IMG/VR virus record: IMGVR_UViG_2862281513_000001
Coordinates: 54,919-118,918 of that record
Strand: one strand, 5' to 3'
DNA length: 64,000 nucleotides
Source: a virus
Lineage: Duplodnaviria > Caudoviricetes
Part shown: one piece after another, positions 52,804 through 62,189 of the stretch
How positions within the stretch are numbered: position 1 is the stretch's first letter
Layout: every line of letters starts with the position of its first letter
Position numbers and translations under genes: made by a program
The notes under the pieces: model-generated
Database searches by the model: none
What the model was told of the DNA's origin: nothing
The model's input: the letters and a program-made list of their open reading frames with translations, nothing else

Positions 52804-53436
52804 TCAGCACTTCGGGACCCCCTTGGTGCGGTACCGCTGGATGGTCTCCGCGCACAGGCCGAGGCGGCGGCCGAGGTCGGCCGCCGACATGTCCGGGTCG
52901 GAGAAGCGGAACGCGAACCGGGCCTCACGCAGGTCCAGCTCGGGCCACGGCTCGGGGCCGCGCAGGCACCGGCGGATCGCCACCAGGTCCATGCCCTGGA
53001 ACGTGGCACCGGCGGGCAGCTCGGTCAGCAGCGAGCCGTCCGCGATCGCCTGCCGCATCGGCCTGTCGGCCAGGTGCTCACCGGCGACGCACCGCTTGTA
53101 CGTGCACGTGCTCTGGACGCGGCCGACCGGCTCGCGTCCGTGGTGCACACGGAACGCCAGCCGGTACGCCGTCATCGACCGGTTCGCGTACGGAATCCCG
53201 TACGCGTCGAACCGGCCCCGCCAGCGGCGGTGACCGCCCCTCAGCGGCACGGACAGCCGCTCGTAGTCCTCGCGTCCCCACGTGCGGGCCGGGGGCCGGT
53301 ACCTGGGCAGGCCGAGGTCACGGCGGACCTGGGCCACGGTCTTCTTGCCGCAGTGCAGTTGCTCGATGACCGCGTTGTCCGAGATCGGCCCGGACTTCAG
53401 CAGCCGGGCGATCTCCTCCCACCTCTCCGGGGTCAT
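52804..53436 (-). CDS. HTH plus degenerate HNH-like protein
   Basis: GHRRWRG..RLAFRVHHGREP..TCTYKRCVAGEHL. Confidence 0.65.
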   Translation of the reverse strand: MTPERWEEIARLLKSGPISDNAVIEQLHCGKKTVAQVRRDLGLPRYRPPARTWGREDYERLSVPLRGGHRRWRGRFDAYGIPYANRSMTAYRLAFRVHHGREPVGRVQSTCTYKRCVAGEHLADRPMRQAIADGSLLTELPAGATFQGMDLVAIRRCLRGPEPWPELDLREARFAFRFSDPDMSAADLGRRLGLCAETIQRYRTKGVPKC

Positions 53437-53906
53437 GACGTCGTCACCTCCGCCCGCAGGGCCTTGACGGTGCGGGAGCAGGCGCCGATCCGACGGGCGA
53501 GGATGTAGACGGGCATCGTCGGCGGGGCCAGGCGTACGGCCTCGCGCTTCTCGGCCGGGGTGAGGCCGGGGTCGTCGAGTTCGCCGGCGACGGCCAGCTC
53601 CACGGCCACCATGTCCACGACCGGCTCAGGCGGGCGCCGCTGCTCCTGGCGGATCAGCCGGTCCGTCTGGTGCCGGGGCTCCACGCATCCGGCCAGCTCA
53701 CAGCCGCACTTGACGTAGCCGACGGGCTGACGGCCGTAGGCGATGCGGAACGCGACCCGGGCCGCGCTGATCTTCTCGCCGTCGAAGAACATCACCGGCG
53801 TGCCACCGCTGGCGAGCGGGCCCTGCCACAGCCGGTGCCCGCCCTTCGGCGTGCGCCGGGTGCGGGCCAGGAACGCGGCCCGCCACTGCTCCAAGGTCGC
53901 CGTCAT
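53433..53906 (-). CDS. Degenerate HNH-like protein
   Basis: GHRLWQG..RVAFRIAYGRQP..GCELAGCVEPRH. Confidence 0.65.
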   Translation of the reverse strand: MTATLEQWRAAFLARTRRTPKGGHRLWQGPLASGGTPVMFFDGEKISAARVAFRIAYGRQPVGYVKCGCELAGCVEPRHQTDRLIRQEQRRPPEPVVDMVAVELAVAGELDDPGLTPAEKREAVRLAPPTMPVYILARRIGACSRTVKALRAEVTTS

Positions 53907-54316
53907 GCCACACCGTCCCGGGCAGCGCGCAGGACCTGGTCCGTCAGGTGCGGGGCGGAGACACACCAGCCGCGCCGGCAGTCCCGGAACACCGGTCCCT
54001 CGGGCTCGCGGCCGTGCTCGATGCGGAACGCGATCCGCAGCGCCGACACGTTGTCGATGACCGGCACGCCGTGGTTGGTGACCCGGCCGAGCCACCTGCG
54101 GTGACCGCCCGGCAGCGGCTCGGACCACAGGAGCAGCCGCTCCTCGCGGGTGAAGCGTGCGTTGTGCGGCGGCAGCGGCCTCGGCTCCATGCCCAGCGAC
54201 GCCCGCGCCCGGGCCACGAGGTCCGGGGCGCAGCCGAGCCGGTAGCCCAGCTCGGCATCCGACACCCAAGGCCGCTCCTGCAGAATCCGCGTGAGGTTCT
54301 CGAACGACGGCTTCAC
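53903..54316 (-). CDS. HTH plus degenerate HNH-like protein
   Basis: GHRRWLG..RIAFRIEHGREP..DCRRGWCVSAPHL. Confidence 0.65.
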   Translation of the reverse strand: MKPSFENLTRILQERPWVSDAELGYRLGCAPDLVARARASLGMEPRPLPPHNARFTREERLLLWSEPLPGGHRRWLGRVTNHGVPVIDNVSALRIAFRIEHGREPEGPVFRDCRRGWCVSAPHLTDQVLRAARDGVA

Positions 54317-54867
54317 CCGGCCACCGCCTTCCGGCGGGCAGCGGGCACGCAGGTGCGGGAACAGCACTTCTGCGGCTCGCGGGACGGCGTGAACAGCTCG
54401 CCGCAGCCCTCGCATGGCCTCACGTAGTCCGTGCCGCGCTGCATCGTCGACACGTGCGGGGCGATGACGAGGATCGTGCGCGGCCGTTCCCGGTCCAGCT
54501 CGATCCCGCCGTACTTCGACGTGATCTGCGAGTCGTCCACCCACAGCAGCCCGTTGCCGGCGTCGCAGACGTGCTTGAGCATGTTGTCGGAGTCGATCTC
54601 CTGCCGCGACGAGCGGAAGAAGACGCAGCCCAGGGCGACGTTCCCGGTGAGCGGGCCGCGCCGCCAGAACTGGCGCATCTTCCACTGCGTCGCCTGCTCG
54701 GCTGCCGCGTCGGCCGGGTCCTTGTAGGCGTGGCCGTCCTTGTCGAACCGGGGCCGGGCCTTGCTGTGCGGCTCCCCCAGCAGGATCGTGCCCCACGACT
54801 CGCCCGCCTCGGGGGCGAGCAGCTGCATGAGCCGCTCGCCCCGCTCGCGGTCGGACAGGCCCGTCAC
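54313..54867 (-). CDS. rusA: RusA family Holliday junction resolvase
   Basis: GEPHSKARPR, DSDNMLKHVCDA, WVDDSQI. Confidence 0.85.
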   Translation of the reverse strand: MTGLSDRERGERLMQLLAPEAGESWGTILLGEPHSKARPRFDKDGHAYKDPADAAAEQATQWKMRQFWRRGPLTGNVALGCVFFRSSRQEIDSDNMLKHVCDAGNGLLWVDDSQITSKYGGIELDRERPRTILVIAPHVSTMQRGTDYVRPCEGCGELFTPSREPQKCCSRTCVPAARRKAVAG

Positions 54868-55589
54868 CGGGCACCGTCCGGACTGTCCGGCCGGGCGGTC
54901 ACCGCCATGGCCGGGTTGGACACCTTCGTCAGCACCACCAGGTCCGCGGCGGGCGCGTCCGCGTTCAGCTCCGCGTACAGCGTCGCCCCGACGGCCGTCT
55001 CCACGGTCAGGCCGGTGCGGGAGTTCACGACCTGGTGCAGCGGCACCGTCACCAGCTCGTCGACGCTGAACGACGAGGCGAGGACCTGGACGGTGGCGGC
55101 CTCCACGTCCACGGCCTTGATCGTGACCAGCGACGTCGTCCGGCGGGCACCCCAGCGGGCGCTGATGTACGCCCACCCGAAGTCGGTGACCACCGGCTCC
55201 ATGCCGGGCTTCCACCGCACGTACCGGCGCGCCGTCAGCTTCGGCAGTAGCTGCGCCACGTCCGCGTACGGCTGGTCCTCGCTGAGCCGCGTCAGCAGCG
55301 ACTCCACGGGGGACCGCAGCGGCTTCTCCGTGGCGAACGTGACCGCGCGGATCATCCCGGCCCGCCAGGCGATCGTGCCGCGCGTGAACTCCGCCGAGCA
55401 CGGGCAGCCCGTGACCCGGGCGATCGTCTCCGCGTCGTCAACGTGCCCGACGCACTCGGACACGCTGGCCCGGCCGACAGCGCACAGCGCCGCCGTGCAA
55501 CAGGAGCAGTCCGGGCAGCCAGCGTTCTGCGGCCGGACGTACTCCGGGCCGAACGGCTCGTGCTCAGGACCGTCGTCGTACATGCTCAT
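54864..55589 (-). CDS. Hypothetical protein
   Basis: GCPDCSCCT..GCPC N-terminus. Confidence 0.65.
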   Translation of the reverse strand: MSMYDDGPEHEPFGPEYVRPQNAGCPDCSCCTAALCAVGRASVSECVGHVDDAETIARVTGCPCSAEFTRGTIAWRAGMIRAVTFATEKPLRSPVESLLTRLSEDQPYADVAQLLPKLTARRYVRWKPGMEPVVTDFGWAYISARWGARRTTSLVTIKAVDVEAATVQVLASSFSVDELVTVPLHQVVNSRTGLTVETAVGATLYAELNADAPAADLVVLTKVSNPAMAVTARPDSPDGAR

Positions 55590-55915
55590 GCGTCCCCCGA
55601 GATGAGTTGGCAGTCCATGCAGCGGCGGGAGCCGTCCGCCTGGACCGTCTGCTTGGTCACCCGGAAGTCCTCCGGGCAGTAACGGAACTCGGCGTCGTCG
55701 AGCAGATCGGCCCGGCAACCGCCCCAGAAGTCGAGGACCTCGAGTCCGGCGGTCCCCGCCATGGCGGGGGCCGGCTCGACGTCGCTGAAGTGCAAGGGCG
55801 TCGGCGGGGCGTCGGACGCCGCCGCGCGGCGGCCGCACCGCTGTGCGGCCAGGAGGAGGGCACCGCAGCCCGCGAAGCAGGCTGCGGTGCCGACGTGGAG
55901 GAGCGCGCTCGTCAC
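55586..55915 (-). CDS. Hypothetical protein with N-terminal TM
   Basis: Coupled ORF, YCP..CMDC. Confidence 0.55.
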   Translation of the reverse strand: MTSALLHVGTAACFAGCGALLLAAQRCGRRAAASDAPPTPLHFSDVEPAPAMAGTAGLEVLDFWGGCRADLLDDAEFRYCPEDFRVTKQTVQADGSRRCMDCQLISGDA

Positions 55916-56637
55916 GCCTCGACCTCCGAGGGGACGGGGATGAGCGGCCAGTCCCACGGCGACTCGTCGCACGTGCCGGTCTGCTGCAGCTGCCAGGCCC
56001 GACGGTCCTCGTACAGCTCGCGCGCCCAACGGGCCTGCATCTCGTGCAACTCGCCGACGTCCTCGCGGCCCACCCACGGGTACCGCTGGCCGATCTTCCA
56101 GACCACGCCGCACGCGGCCTTGGCGTCGACCTCCGAGTTGTGGGCGCCGCCCTCCAGCTTCACGCGGTAGTGGTGGCAGAGGTCGACCAGCGTCCGCTTG
56201 CCCTTGCGGTAACGGTCGAGGTGCTTGTCCAGCACCCACGGGTCCAGGACGACCGGCGTCGAGTTCCACAGCGACCGCACCCCGTAGCGGGCGCACTCCC
56301 GTTCCAGGATCGTCAGGTCGAACGGCGCGTTCATCACCACGATCGGCCACGACTGCGAGGCGTACTCGGAGAGGACCTCGACGATCTGGGTGACCACGAC
56401 GGCGGCCGGGTCTCCCTCCGCACGGGCCTGCTCTGTGGTGATGCCGTGAATGCGGGTGGCCCCGGCTGAGATCTCCGCACCGCCCATGTTTGAGCGCCAG
56501 TTGCGGACCAGCGTGGGCAGAGGGCCGCCCCAGCGGACGACGGTGGCGGTGACGATCCGGTCGTTCTCGACGTCCGTGCCCGTCGTCTCGACGTCGAATC
56601 CGACTAGCGGCCTACGGGTCCAGGGGAGAACGGTCAT
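55912..56637 (-). CDS. DEDDh 3'-5' exonuclease (DnaQ-like)
   Basis: FDVETTG, IHGIT, MNAPFDL, AHNSEVD. Confidence 0.9.
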   Translation of the reverse strand: MTVLPWTRRPLVGFDVETTGTDVENDRIVTATVVRWGGPLPTLVRNWRSNMGGAEISAGATRIHGITTEQARAEGDPAAVVVTQIVEVLSEYASQSWPIVVMNAPFDLTILERECARYGVRSLWNSTPVVLDPWVLDKHLDRYRKGKRTLVDLCHHYRVKLEGGAHNSEVDAKAACGVVWKIGQRYPWVGREDVGELHEMQARWARELYEDRRAWQLQQTGTCDESPWDWPLIPVPSEVEA

Positions 56638-57635
56638 GCCGCGCGGTTCCTTCCTCGGCGGCCCCGCCGCGACGTCCGGCGGGGCTGGCTGCGCTTGACG
56701 GGCAGCCGTCGGGTGATGGGAGTGGAGGTGGCGTCCTGGGACGCCTCGGCCGCCGCGTGCGCCTCGTCGGCGTCCGCGAGGAGGGCCGCGGTCTCCGGGT
56801 CGGGGGCGTGCAGCACCTGCACCTCGCCGGCCTCCCCGGCGTCGTCGGCCTTCACCAGCGCGACGAGCTCGGCCGACATCGGGACGACCTTCGCCAGACG
56901 GCGCACGCAGCTCTTTCGCCACATGTGCTCGAAGTGCGTGTGCCAGAAGGTGTCCGTGCGGCCCTCGGCCTTGGCCTGCTGGTAGGCGGCGCTGTACTCG
57001 TCGCGGATCTCCTCCGCGTCCTCGCGGGACAGGAGGATGACCTGCGAGCGGGCGCCGCCCTTGAGCCAGGCGAACGCGTAGGCCAGGACGACCGGCCCGC
57101 GCGCCTCCTTGGACTTGGTGAGGTCCGGCCGGTGGACGAAGTCCTGCGGGGCCGGGGCGGTGGGCTCGTAGCTGTACTCGTCGTGCTCGCGGATCACGCC
57201 GACGTGCACCGAGTCGACCGCACCGGAGCGGTACATCAGGTCGATGAAGCCCTGCGCCATCGGAACGAAGACGGCGGTGGTGCCCTCCCGCTTGATGACG
57301 GCGTGCTTGCCGTCCGGGACCAGCCCGAACCTGGCGCACGTCAGCAGCGCCTGGAGGGTGCTCGCCGGCGTGCACTTCGCCAGCGTCGGCAGCACCGCCC
57401 GCACGGCCGCGAAGAACGCGTCCGCGTCGATGTGCGCGGGCAGCGCTTCGTCGAACGTGTCCTTGTACCGCGACAGCCAGGCCATCACGGTCTTGCTCAT
57501 CGGGGCCTCGACCTGCTCGTGCCCCTTGACGTCCGCCAGCTCGGCGGGAGCATCGGCCGCCTCGTGCTGGTCGACGGCGGCCGGGCCGCCGCCCTGACGG
57601 GCGGCGCGGATACGGTCCTTGAGAGTCGTCGTCAT
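56634..57635 (-). CDS. recT: RecT family single-strand annealing recombinase
   Basis: ALPAHID..LAKCTPAS..GLVPD..GFIDLMYRSG..W..HFEHMWRKSCVRRLAK..PMS. Confidence 0.9.
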   Translation of the reverse strand: MTTTLKDRIRAARQGGGPAAVDQHEAADAPAELADVKGHEQVEAPMSKTVMAWLSRYKDTFDEALPAHIDADAFFAAVRAVLPTLAKCTPASTLQALLTCARFGLVPDGKHAVIKREGTTAVFVPMAQGFIDLMYRSGAVDSVHVGVIREHDEYSYEPTAPAPQDFVHRPDLTKSKEARGPVVLAYAFAWLKGGARSQVILLSREDAEEIRDEYSAAYQQAKAEGRTDTFWHTHFEHMWRKSCVRRLAKVVPMSAELVALVKADDAGEAGEVQVLHAPDPETAALLADADEAHAAAEASQDATSTPITRRLPVKRSQPRRTSRRGRRGRNRAA

Positions 57636-57637
57636 GG

Positions 57638-58738
57638 TCAGGCGGCCTTCTTCTTCGCGGTCTTGGCGGGGCGGAGCTGGCGGGCGCGGAACTGGCGGTA
57701 GATCTCGGGCTCTTCGGCCGCGAGCGCCTTCGTGTCGATGGCGGGCTTCATCACCGTGAAGCGCTCCGCCACATCGGGCCGCGCCTCCGTCAGCCGCTTC
57801 GGTGCGAACGTCGAGTTCTGCTTGTTCGTCCACACGACCCGGCCCGTGGGGTCCTTCACGACTTCGTTCGGACCGGCGATCAGCCGCATCTCGTTCTCGA
57901 CCGCGCGGACCTCGTCCGCGACGGCCTTCGCCTTCGCCGTCAGCCGCTCGTGCTCGCCGAGCAGCCGGTCAGCCGTGGCCGCGTCGACCTCGGCGACCGC
58001 CTCGGGCTGGACCTCCCACAGACGGGCCAGGAGGTTCTCGGTGTCCTCCAGGCCGTCAGCCGGGGGCGGGAAGCCCTCGACGATGTGCCGCTGGTACCAC
58101 TGCTCGCAGTGCTCGACCAGCTCGCCGATGATCTCCTCGTCCCGCTCCAGCCGGTGCCAGCGGAGCTTGTTGCCGCCGACGAGCGCGGCCACGTAGCCGT
58201 GGCTCCAGCCGCCGACGGCCATGTACCAGTAGCACTGGATCGCGGGGGCGTCCGGGACGCCGTCCTCCCAGTCGTCGATCTGGTACTCGCTGCGGTTCTT
58301 GCACTCCAGCGGCACCACGGGGCAGCCGTCGGAGCCGATGACGTACCGGTCGACGTTGGCCCGCATCCACGGCCGCTCAAGGTTCTGCAGCGTGCCCGGA
58401 GGCATCGCGATGTCCAGGCCGGACCGCTTCGCGAACATCATCGCGATGAAGTCCTCGATCTCCCGGCCGATCTCGGCGGGCTCGGTCTCCTGGAACGTCG
58501 ACCGGCCGTGCTTCTCCTCGAAGACGCGGCGCGGGCTGTTGTACTTCCCGGCCAGCCCGAGGATGCCGGCGACGTCGGAGCCGCCGATCCCGTCGAGCCG
58601 GATGGCCTCCCACATACGGCGATAGGCCGGGTCGTTGAGGTCACCGGAGGGCAGCAGCAGCCGCGCAGCCGGGGCCTCGGGCAGACCCACCGGCGGCAGG
58701 TCGGCGACGTCGAACAACAGGTCAGGTGCAGTCGTCAC
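57638..58738 (-). CDS. YqaJ/lambda-exonuclease family recombination nuclease
   Basis: GIGGSD, GREIE, MRANVDR, LECK, QCYWYMAV. Confidence 0.9.
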   Translation of the reverse strand: MTTAPDLLFDVADLPPVGLPEAPAARLLLPSGDLNDPAYRRMWEAIRLDGIGGSDVAGILGLAGKYNSPRRVFEEKHGRSTFQETEPAEIGREIEDFIAMMFAKRSGLDIAMPPGTLQNLERPWMRANVDRYVIGSDGCPVVPLECKNRSEYQIDDWEDGVPDAPAIQCYWYMAVGGWSHGYVAALVGGNKLRWHRLERDEEIIGELVEHCEQWYQRHIVEGFPPPADGLEDTENLLARLWEVQPEAVAEVDAATADRLLGEHERLTAKAKAVADEVRAVENEMRLIAGPNEVVKDPTGRVVWTNKQNSTFAPKRLTEARPDVAERFTVMKPAIDTKALAAEEPEIYRQFRARQLRPAKTAKKKAA

Positions 58739-59520
58739 TTCTGGCCCCCCGTGCTGGTGTCGGCGGCGGCGTTGCTGTCCAGGTGGACGAGGTAGCGGGC
58801 CACGGCCCTGGCCGACGTGTTGTTGCGGGTCGCGCTGGCCCCGATGAACTGCCGCACGGCGTCTGCGGCTTCCCGCTCGCCGTTCTCCTCCAGGAGGCGG
58901 GCGGCGACCCGGACCCGTGCCCACGGCGCTGCCTTGAGGGCCTCCACGATGAGGCGGACCGCCTTCTCGTACCGGCCGCCCTGGACGGGCTCGATCTCGC
59001 CGCCTCGCGGCTGCGGCTCGGCGGTCTTGGTCACCTGCTTGGCGCGGCGGGCGGCCTCGGCCAACACCGCCTGGTAGTCGTCCTGGTGGCCGCAGCCGTT
59101 GTGCCACGCGTCCCGGACCATGCGGGCGCCGTCACGGACGAAGTGGTCCTTGCGGACGGCACCGCGGGGGCCGCCGCAGCGCGGGCAGCGCGCCGAGATG
59201 GTTACCTCGACGAGGCGTACGCCCTCGTAACCGGGCTGCGTGCCGTAGTCGGGTACGCGGACGGTCATCTCCCGCGCGATCGGCGGCAGGTCGAGGCCGT
59301 CGACGTAGCGCGCCCATACGGCGGTGCCGTCGTCGTGCTGGGACGCGATGGCCTGGAAGGCACCGGCCGGCTGGTACGACGGGTACTTGCCGGTGCAGAT
59401 GCCGCGAGCGACGGCCTGCCCGCTCTGTGAGCTGGGGTAGACGTGGACGAGGAACTCGGTGCCGCGCTGCGACTCCAGCTTGAAGGCGATGGCGCGGTGG
59501 TCGGCCGCAGTGCTGCTCAC
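58735..59520 (-). CDS. Hypothetical protein
   Basis: CPRCGGPRG..W.N.CGH.D.Y motif. Confidence 0.65.
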   Translation of the reverse strand: MSSTAADHRAIAFKLESQRGTEFLVHVYPSSQSGQAVARGICTGKYPSYQPAGAFQAIASQHDDGTAVWARYVDGLDLPPIAREMTVRVPDYGTQPGYEGVRLVEVTISARCPRCGGPRGAVRKDHFVRDGARMVRDAWHNGCGHQDDYQAVLAEAARRAKQVTKTAEPQPRGGEIEPVQGGRYEKAVRLIVEALKAAPWARVRVAARLLEENGEREAADAVRQFIGASATRNNTSARAVARYLVHLDSNAAADTSTGGQK

Positions 59521-59799
59521 TTGGCCTCCCCCGCGTTCTCGCCGTTGCTGCGGGTCTGGGCGACGAGCGTCTTGCGGACCCGCATGCCGACGAAGCCGTT
59601 GCGGAAGGTGCCGCACAGGTGGCAGCGGCGCGGGTTGTGGTCGTGCGTCATGCGGCCTCACCGCCCCACGCGTCGATGTCCTCGGGCTGGGCCGGGCGCT
59701 CGGGGTGCGTCTCCACCTGGTGGCGGGCGACGACGGCGGCCGGGAGCACGAGGAAGGAGCCGACGGCGGCGATGCCGACGATGGTCTGGAGGATCTCGG

Positions 59800-60189
59800 T
59801 CACTTCTCGTCACCGCCTTCGAGGTCAGCGACAGTGCCGAGGTGACGGCCGGTGAAGACGCGGCGCAGCTCGGCGGCGTTGAGGGTGTTGTTCGGCAGCG
59901 GGTAGCTGACCCAGACCTTCACGGGGACGTCGTCGTAGAAGGCGACGAGCTGGGCGATGCCCTGGCCGCCGACGTTGCGGTGGTTCGAGGTGCGGGCGAC
60001 GTGGCCGCCCATCACCTCGGCGCACGTGTCGACGATCTCGCCGTGGCCGGTCTCCGTGATCTGGTGGCCGGTCAGAACGCCAGGCGTTTCGCCCACCGTC
60101 CAGATCAGCGACCCCAGTTCGGGGTGGTCGGTGAGCAGGTGCGCGAGTGCGGCAGCGGCTGCCGCTTCTCCGCTAAGGTTCCTGTCCAA
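59800..60189 (-). CDS. Hypothetical protein
   Basis: 129-aa ORF. Confidence 0.65.
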   Translation of the reverse strand: MDRNLSGEAAAAAALAHLLTDHPELGSLIWTVGETPGVLTGHQITETGHGEIVDTCAEVMGGHVARTSNHRNVGGQGIAQLVAFYDDVPVKVWVSYPLPNNTLNAAELRRVFTGRHLGTVADLEGGDEK

Positions 60190-60280
60190 CGGGGTTTCCT
60201 CAATTCGGCGTTGATGAGGATTTCTCCTGGTGGCGGGGTCGTCCCGGACCGTGCGAGGGTCGTGGGCGGCCCCGTTGCCG

Positions 60281-60616
60281 TCATCTGACGGCGGCGGCGC
60301 TGGGGCGTCGCGCCCCGGCGGGCTTGATGGAGTGCAGCGAGGGCGGCGCGGATACCGGCGCCTGGTCCGGCTGCGGGTTCAGCAGCCGCTCCCAGATCTC
60401 GTCCGGGACGACCGTGAACATCGACTGGACGACCCGCAGGTCGCAGTCGCAGAACGCGACGGACTCGCCGAGCTTCTGGTGCGGCAGCAAGCTGATGCGG
60501 TCCTGAAGGAACCGCTTTTTGCAGCGGAGCTTCTCGGCGGCCTGGTCGTAGTCGTAGTTGCAGACCACGGTGCAGATGCAGTGGGGCCGTGTCTGGCGGC
60601 GGACGGCGGTGTTCAT
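60281..60616 (-). CDS. Excisionase-like HTH protein
   Basis: YDYDQAAEKL..FL..LPHQKLGESVAF..DL; located after the cro-like gene. Confidence 0.6.
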   Translation of the reverse strand: MNTAVRRQTRPHCICTVVCNYDYDQAAEKLRCKKRFLQDRISLLPHQKLGESVAFCDCDLRVVQSMFTVVPDEIWERLLNPQPDQAPVSAPPSLHSIKPAGARRPSAAAVR

Positions 60617-60840
60617 GCCGGTACCCCGACCGCGTCTTCGGCCTTGGGCACGAGTTCGTCCAGGGCGATGCCGTAGGCCCAGGCGATGGCGGTCACGTTG
60701 GGCAGCGTCGGGACGCTTCCGTTGAAGACCCGGGTGACCACGCTTCTGTCGATCCCGGCTCGGCGGGCGATCTCCTCGTGGGTCAGGTCGCCCTTCTCGG
60801 CGGCCCTCGCCTTGAGGAGTTCTGTGTCCAGGCGGAGCAA
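60613..60840 (-). CDS. Cro-like XRE HTH regulator
   Basis: THEEIARRAGIDRSVVTRVFNG..P; TTG start after AGGAGG. Confidence 0.8.
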   Translation of the reverse strand: MLRLDTELLKARAAEKGDLTHEEIARRAGIDRSVVTRVFNGSVPTLPNVTAIAWAYGIALDELVPKAEDAVGVPA

Positions 60841-60856
60841 CGCGCCCCTCCTTTCG

Positions 60857-61041
60857 TGTGCGTGCATGCACGCCCTATGTGCGTGCATGCACAAGCTAGA
60901 TCATGTGCATCCGTGCACACAAGCCCGACACGAGGGGGATCAATAATGTGATTTTTTGGGCGCACGCCCTGGTCACTGGTGAACACAACCTGCGCTGATG
61001 TGGCACAAGGGCGATCACCTGCACCTTGTGCACCCATGCAC
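60857..61041. promoter_or_regulatory. Immunity-region operators TGTGC-N5-TGCAC (4 copies)
   Basis: At 60857, 60878, 60904 and 61027 between the divergent XRE genes. Confidence 0.75.
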
Positions 61042-61082
61042 GCCCCTGCCGCCCCGGTTGCGGGCTTAGTAGCCTTCGGGGT

Positions 61083-61574
61083 ATGCGGAGCAAGGGATCA
61101 CCCGAACGGACCGAGGAGCTGACCGGTCCCGTCGCCCTGGGGAGGCTGGTAGCCGAACTTGCGGCACGGGCCCAGCCGGAGCCCTACGACCTCACACCCG
61201 GCGGAACCGGACGACGACGACTGAGCGAGGACGCCGGCATGAGCGTGTGGGCCGTCGCCCGCATGCTGCGCGGCGAGACCCTCCCCAAGGCCGAGAACAT
61301 CGGCGGCCTGGCAGCAGCCCTCGGGGTCGACGAGGACCTGCTCCTCGACACGGCCGGGTACAGAAACAGACCCGATCGCGCCAAACGCACAAATCAGCCG
61401 GTAGTGTCAATCGCCCAGCCGCCTTCCCCGGAGGCGATCGCGGACATGCTCGGAATCACCCATTCCTTCGTCCGTAAGATGCTCATCTCCAGCATCGCCG
61501 AGGCCGTACGACTACAGCGCGAGGCAGACCAGAACGAGGACGGCGACGCCGGGGGAAGAGCCGTCGCCAGGTAG
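61083..61574 (+). CDS. cI-like XRE HTH repressor
   Basis: RRLSEDAGMS..VARMLRGETLP..LAAALGV..LL..AGY. Confidence 0.8.
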   Translation: MRSKGSPERTEELTGPVALGRLVAELAARAQPEPYDLTPGGTGRRRLSEDAGMSVWAVARMLRGETLPKAENIGGLAAALGVDEDLLLDTAGYRNRPDRAKRTNQPVVSIAQPPSPEAIADMLGITHSFVRKMLISSIAEAVRLQREADQNEDGDAGGRAVAR

Positions 61575-61586
61575 GACGGGGGACCC

Positions 61587-62189
61587 ATGCAGCGCCCTTC
61601 CAGCCCCACGGCAACCATCGCCCTCGTCGGCGTCAGCACTGTGGGAGTAGGCACTCTCGCCACGACCGACGTCGACCTTCCGATCGAGCCAGGGTGCGTC
61701 CTGCCCATCGTGTGCGCCACCGCCGCCGCGGCGGCGTTCATCCGCCGGTACACCATCCGCCAGGAACAGCGCATGCGGGCGCTGTTCAAGGCCATGGCGC
61801 GCCAGCACGACGAGCGCGAGCGGGTCCTCGAAGCCCGGGAAAAGTCGCTGGCCGAGCGTGAGGAAACCTTCCAACGCACCCAGTGGACCACCCGACTGCG
61901 GATCGCCAGCGCCTACGCTCGCGTCGACATCACCAGGGAAGAGGCCGCAGCCGAGCGAGAGCGGCGCATGCAGATCGAGGGCGAATACCGGGAACTGTGC
62001 CGCGAGTGGAACGAGGCCGTGCTGGACGACGCGCAGGCACGCCTGCCTGAGGAAGCCCCCCGCCCGGCCATCGCTGTCGGACAGGCCGGCACTGTGCACG
62101 GGCCGCGACGCTCCTACCCGGATCGTCGCGGCCCGCGCCCCTATCTCTCCGTCGTCGACGGCTCCGGCGAGCGTCAGGACTCCGCCTGA
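61587..62189 (+). CDS. Membrane-anchored coiled-coil protein
   Basis: Hydrophobic N-terminus, E/R-rich coil; downstream of the repressor. Confidence 0.65.
   Translation: MQRPSSPTATIALVGVSTVGVGTLATTDVDLPIEPGCVLPIVCATAAAAAFIRRYTIRQEQRMRALFKAMARQHDERERVLEAREKSLAEREETFQRTQWTTRLRIASAYARVDITREEAAAERERRMQIEGEYRELCREWNEAVLDDAQARLPEEAPRPAIAVGQAGTVHGPRRSYPDRRGPRPYLSVVDGSGERQDSA

Noticed and set aside
60967-60975. ccctggtca near the repressor as another array repeat
   Set aside because: Only the short outer-box motif is present; the hairpin and gene-proximal box are absent.
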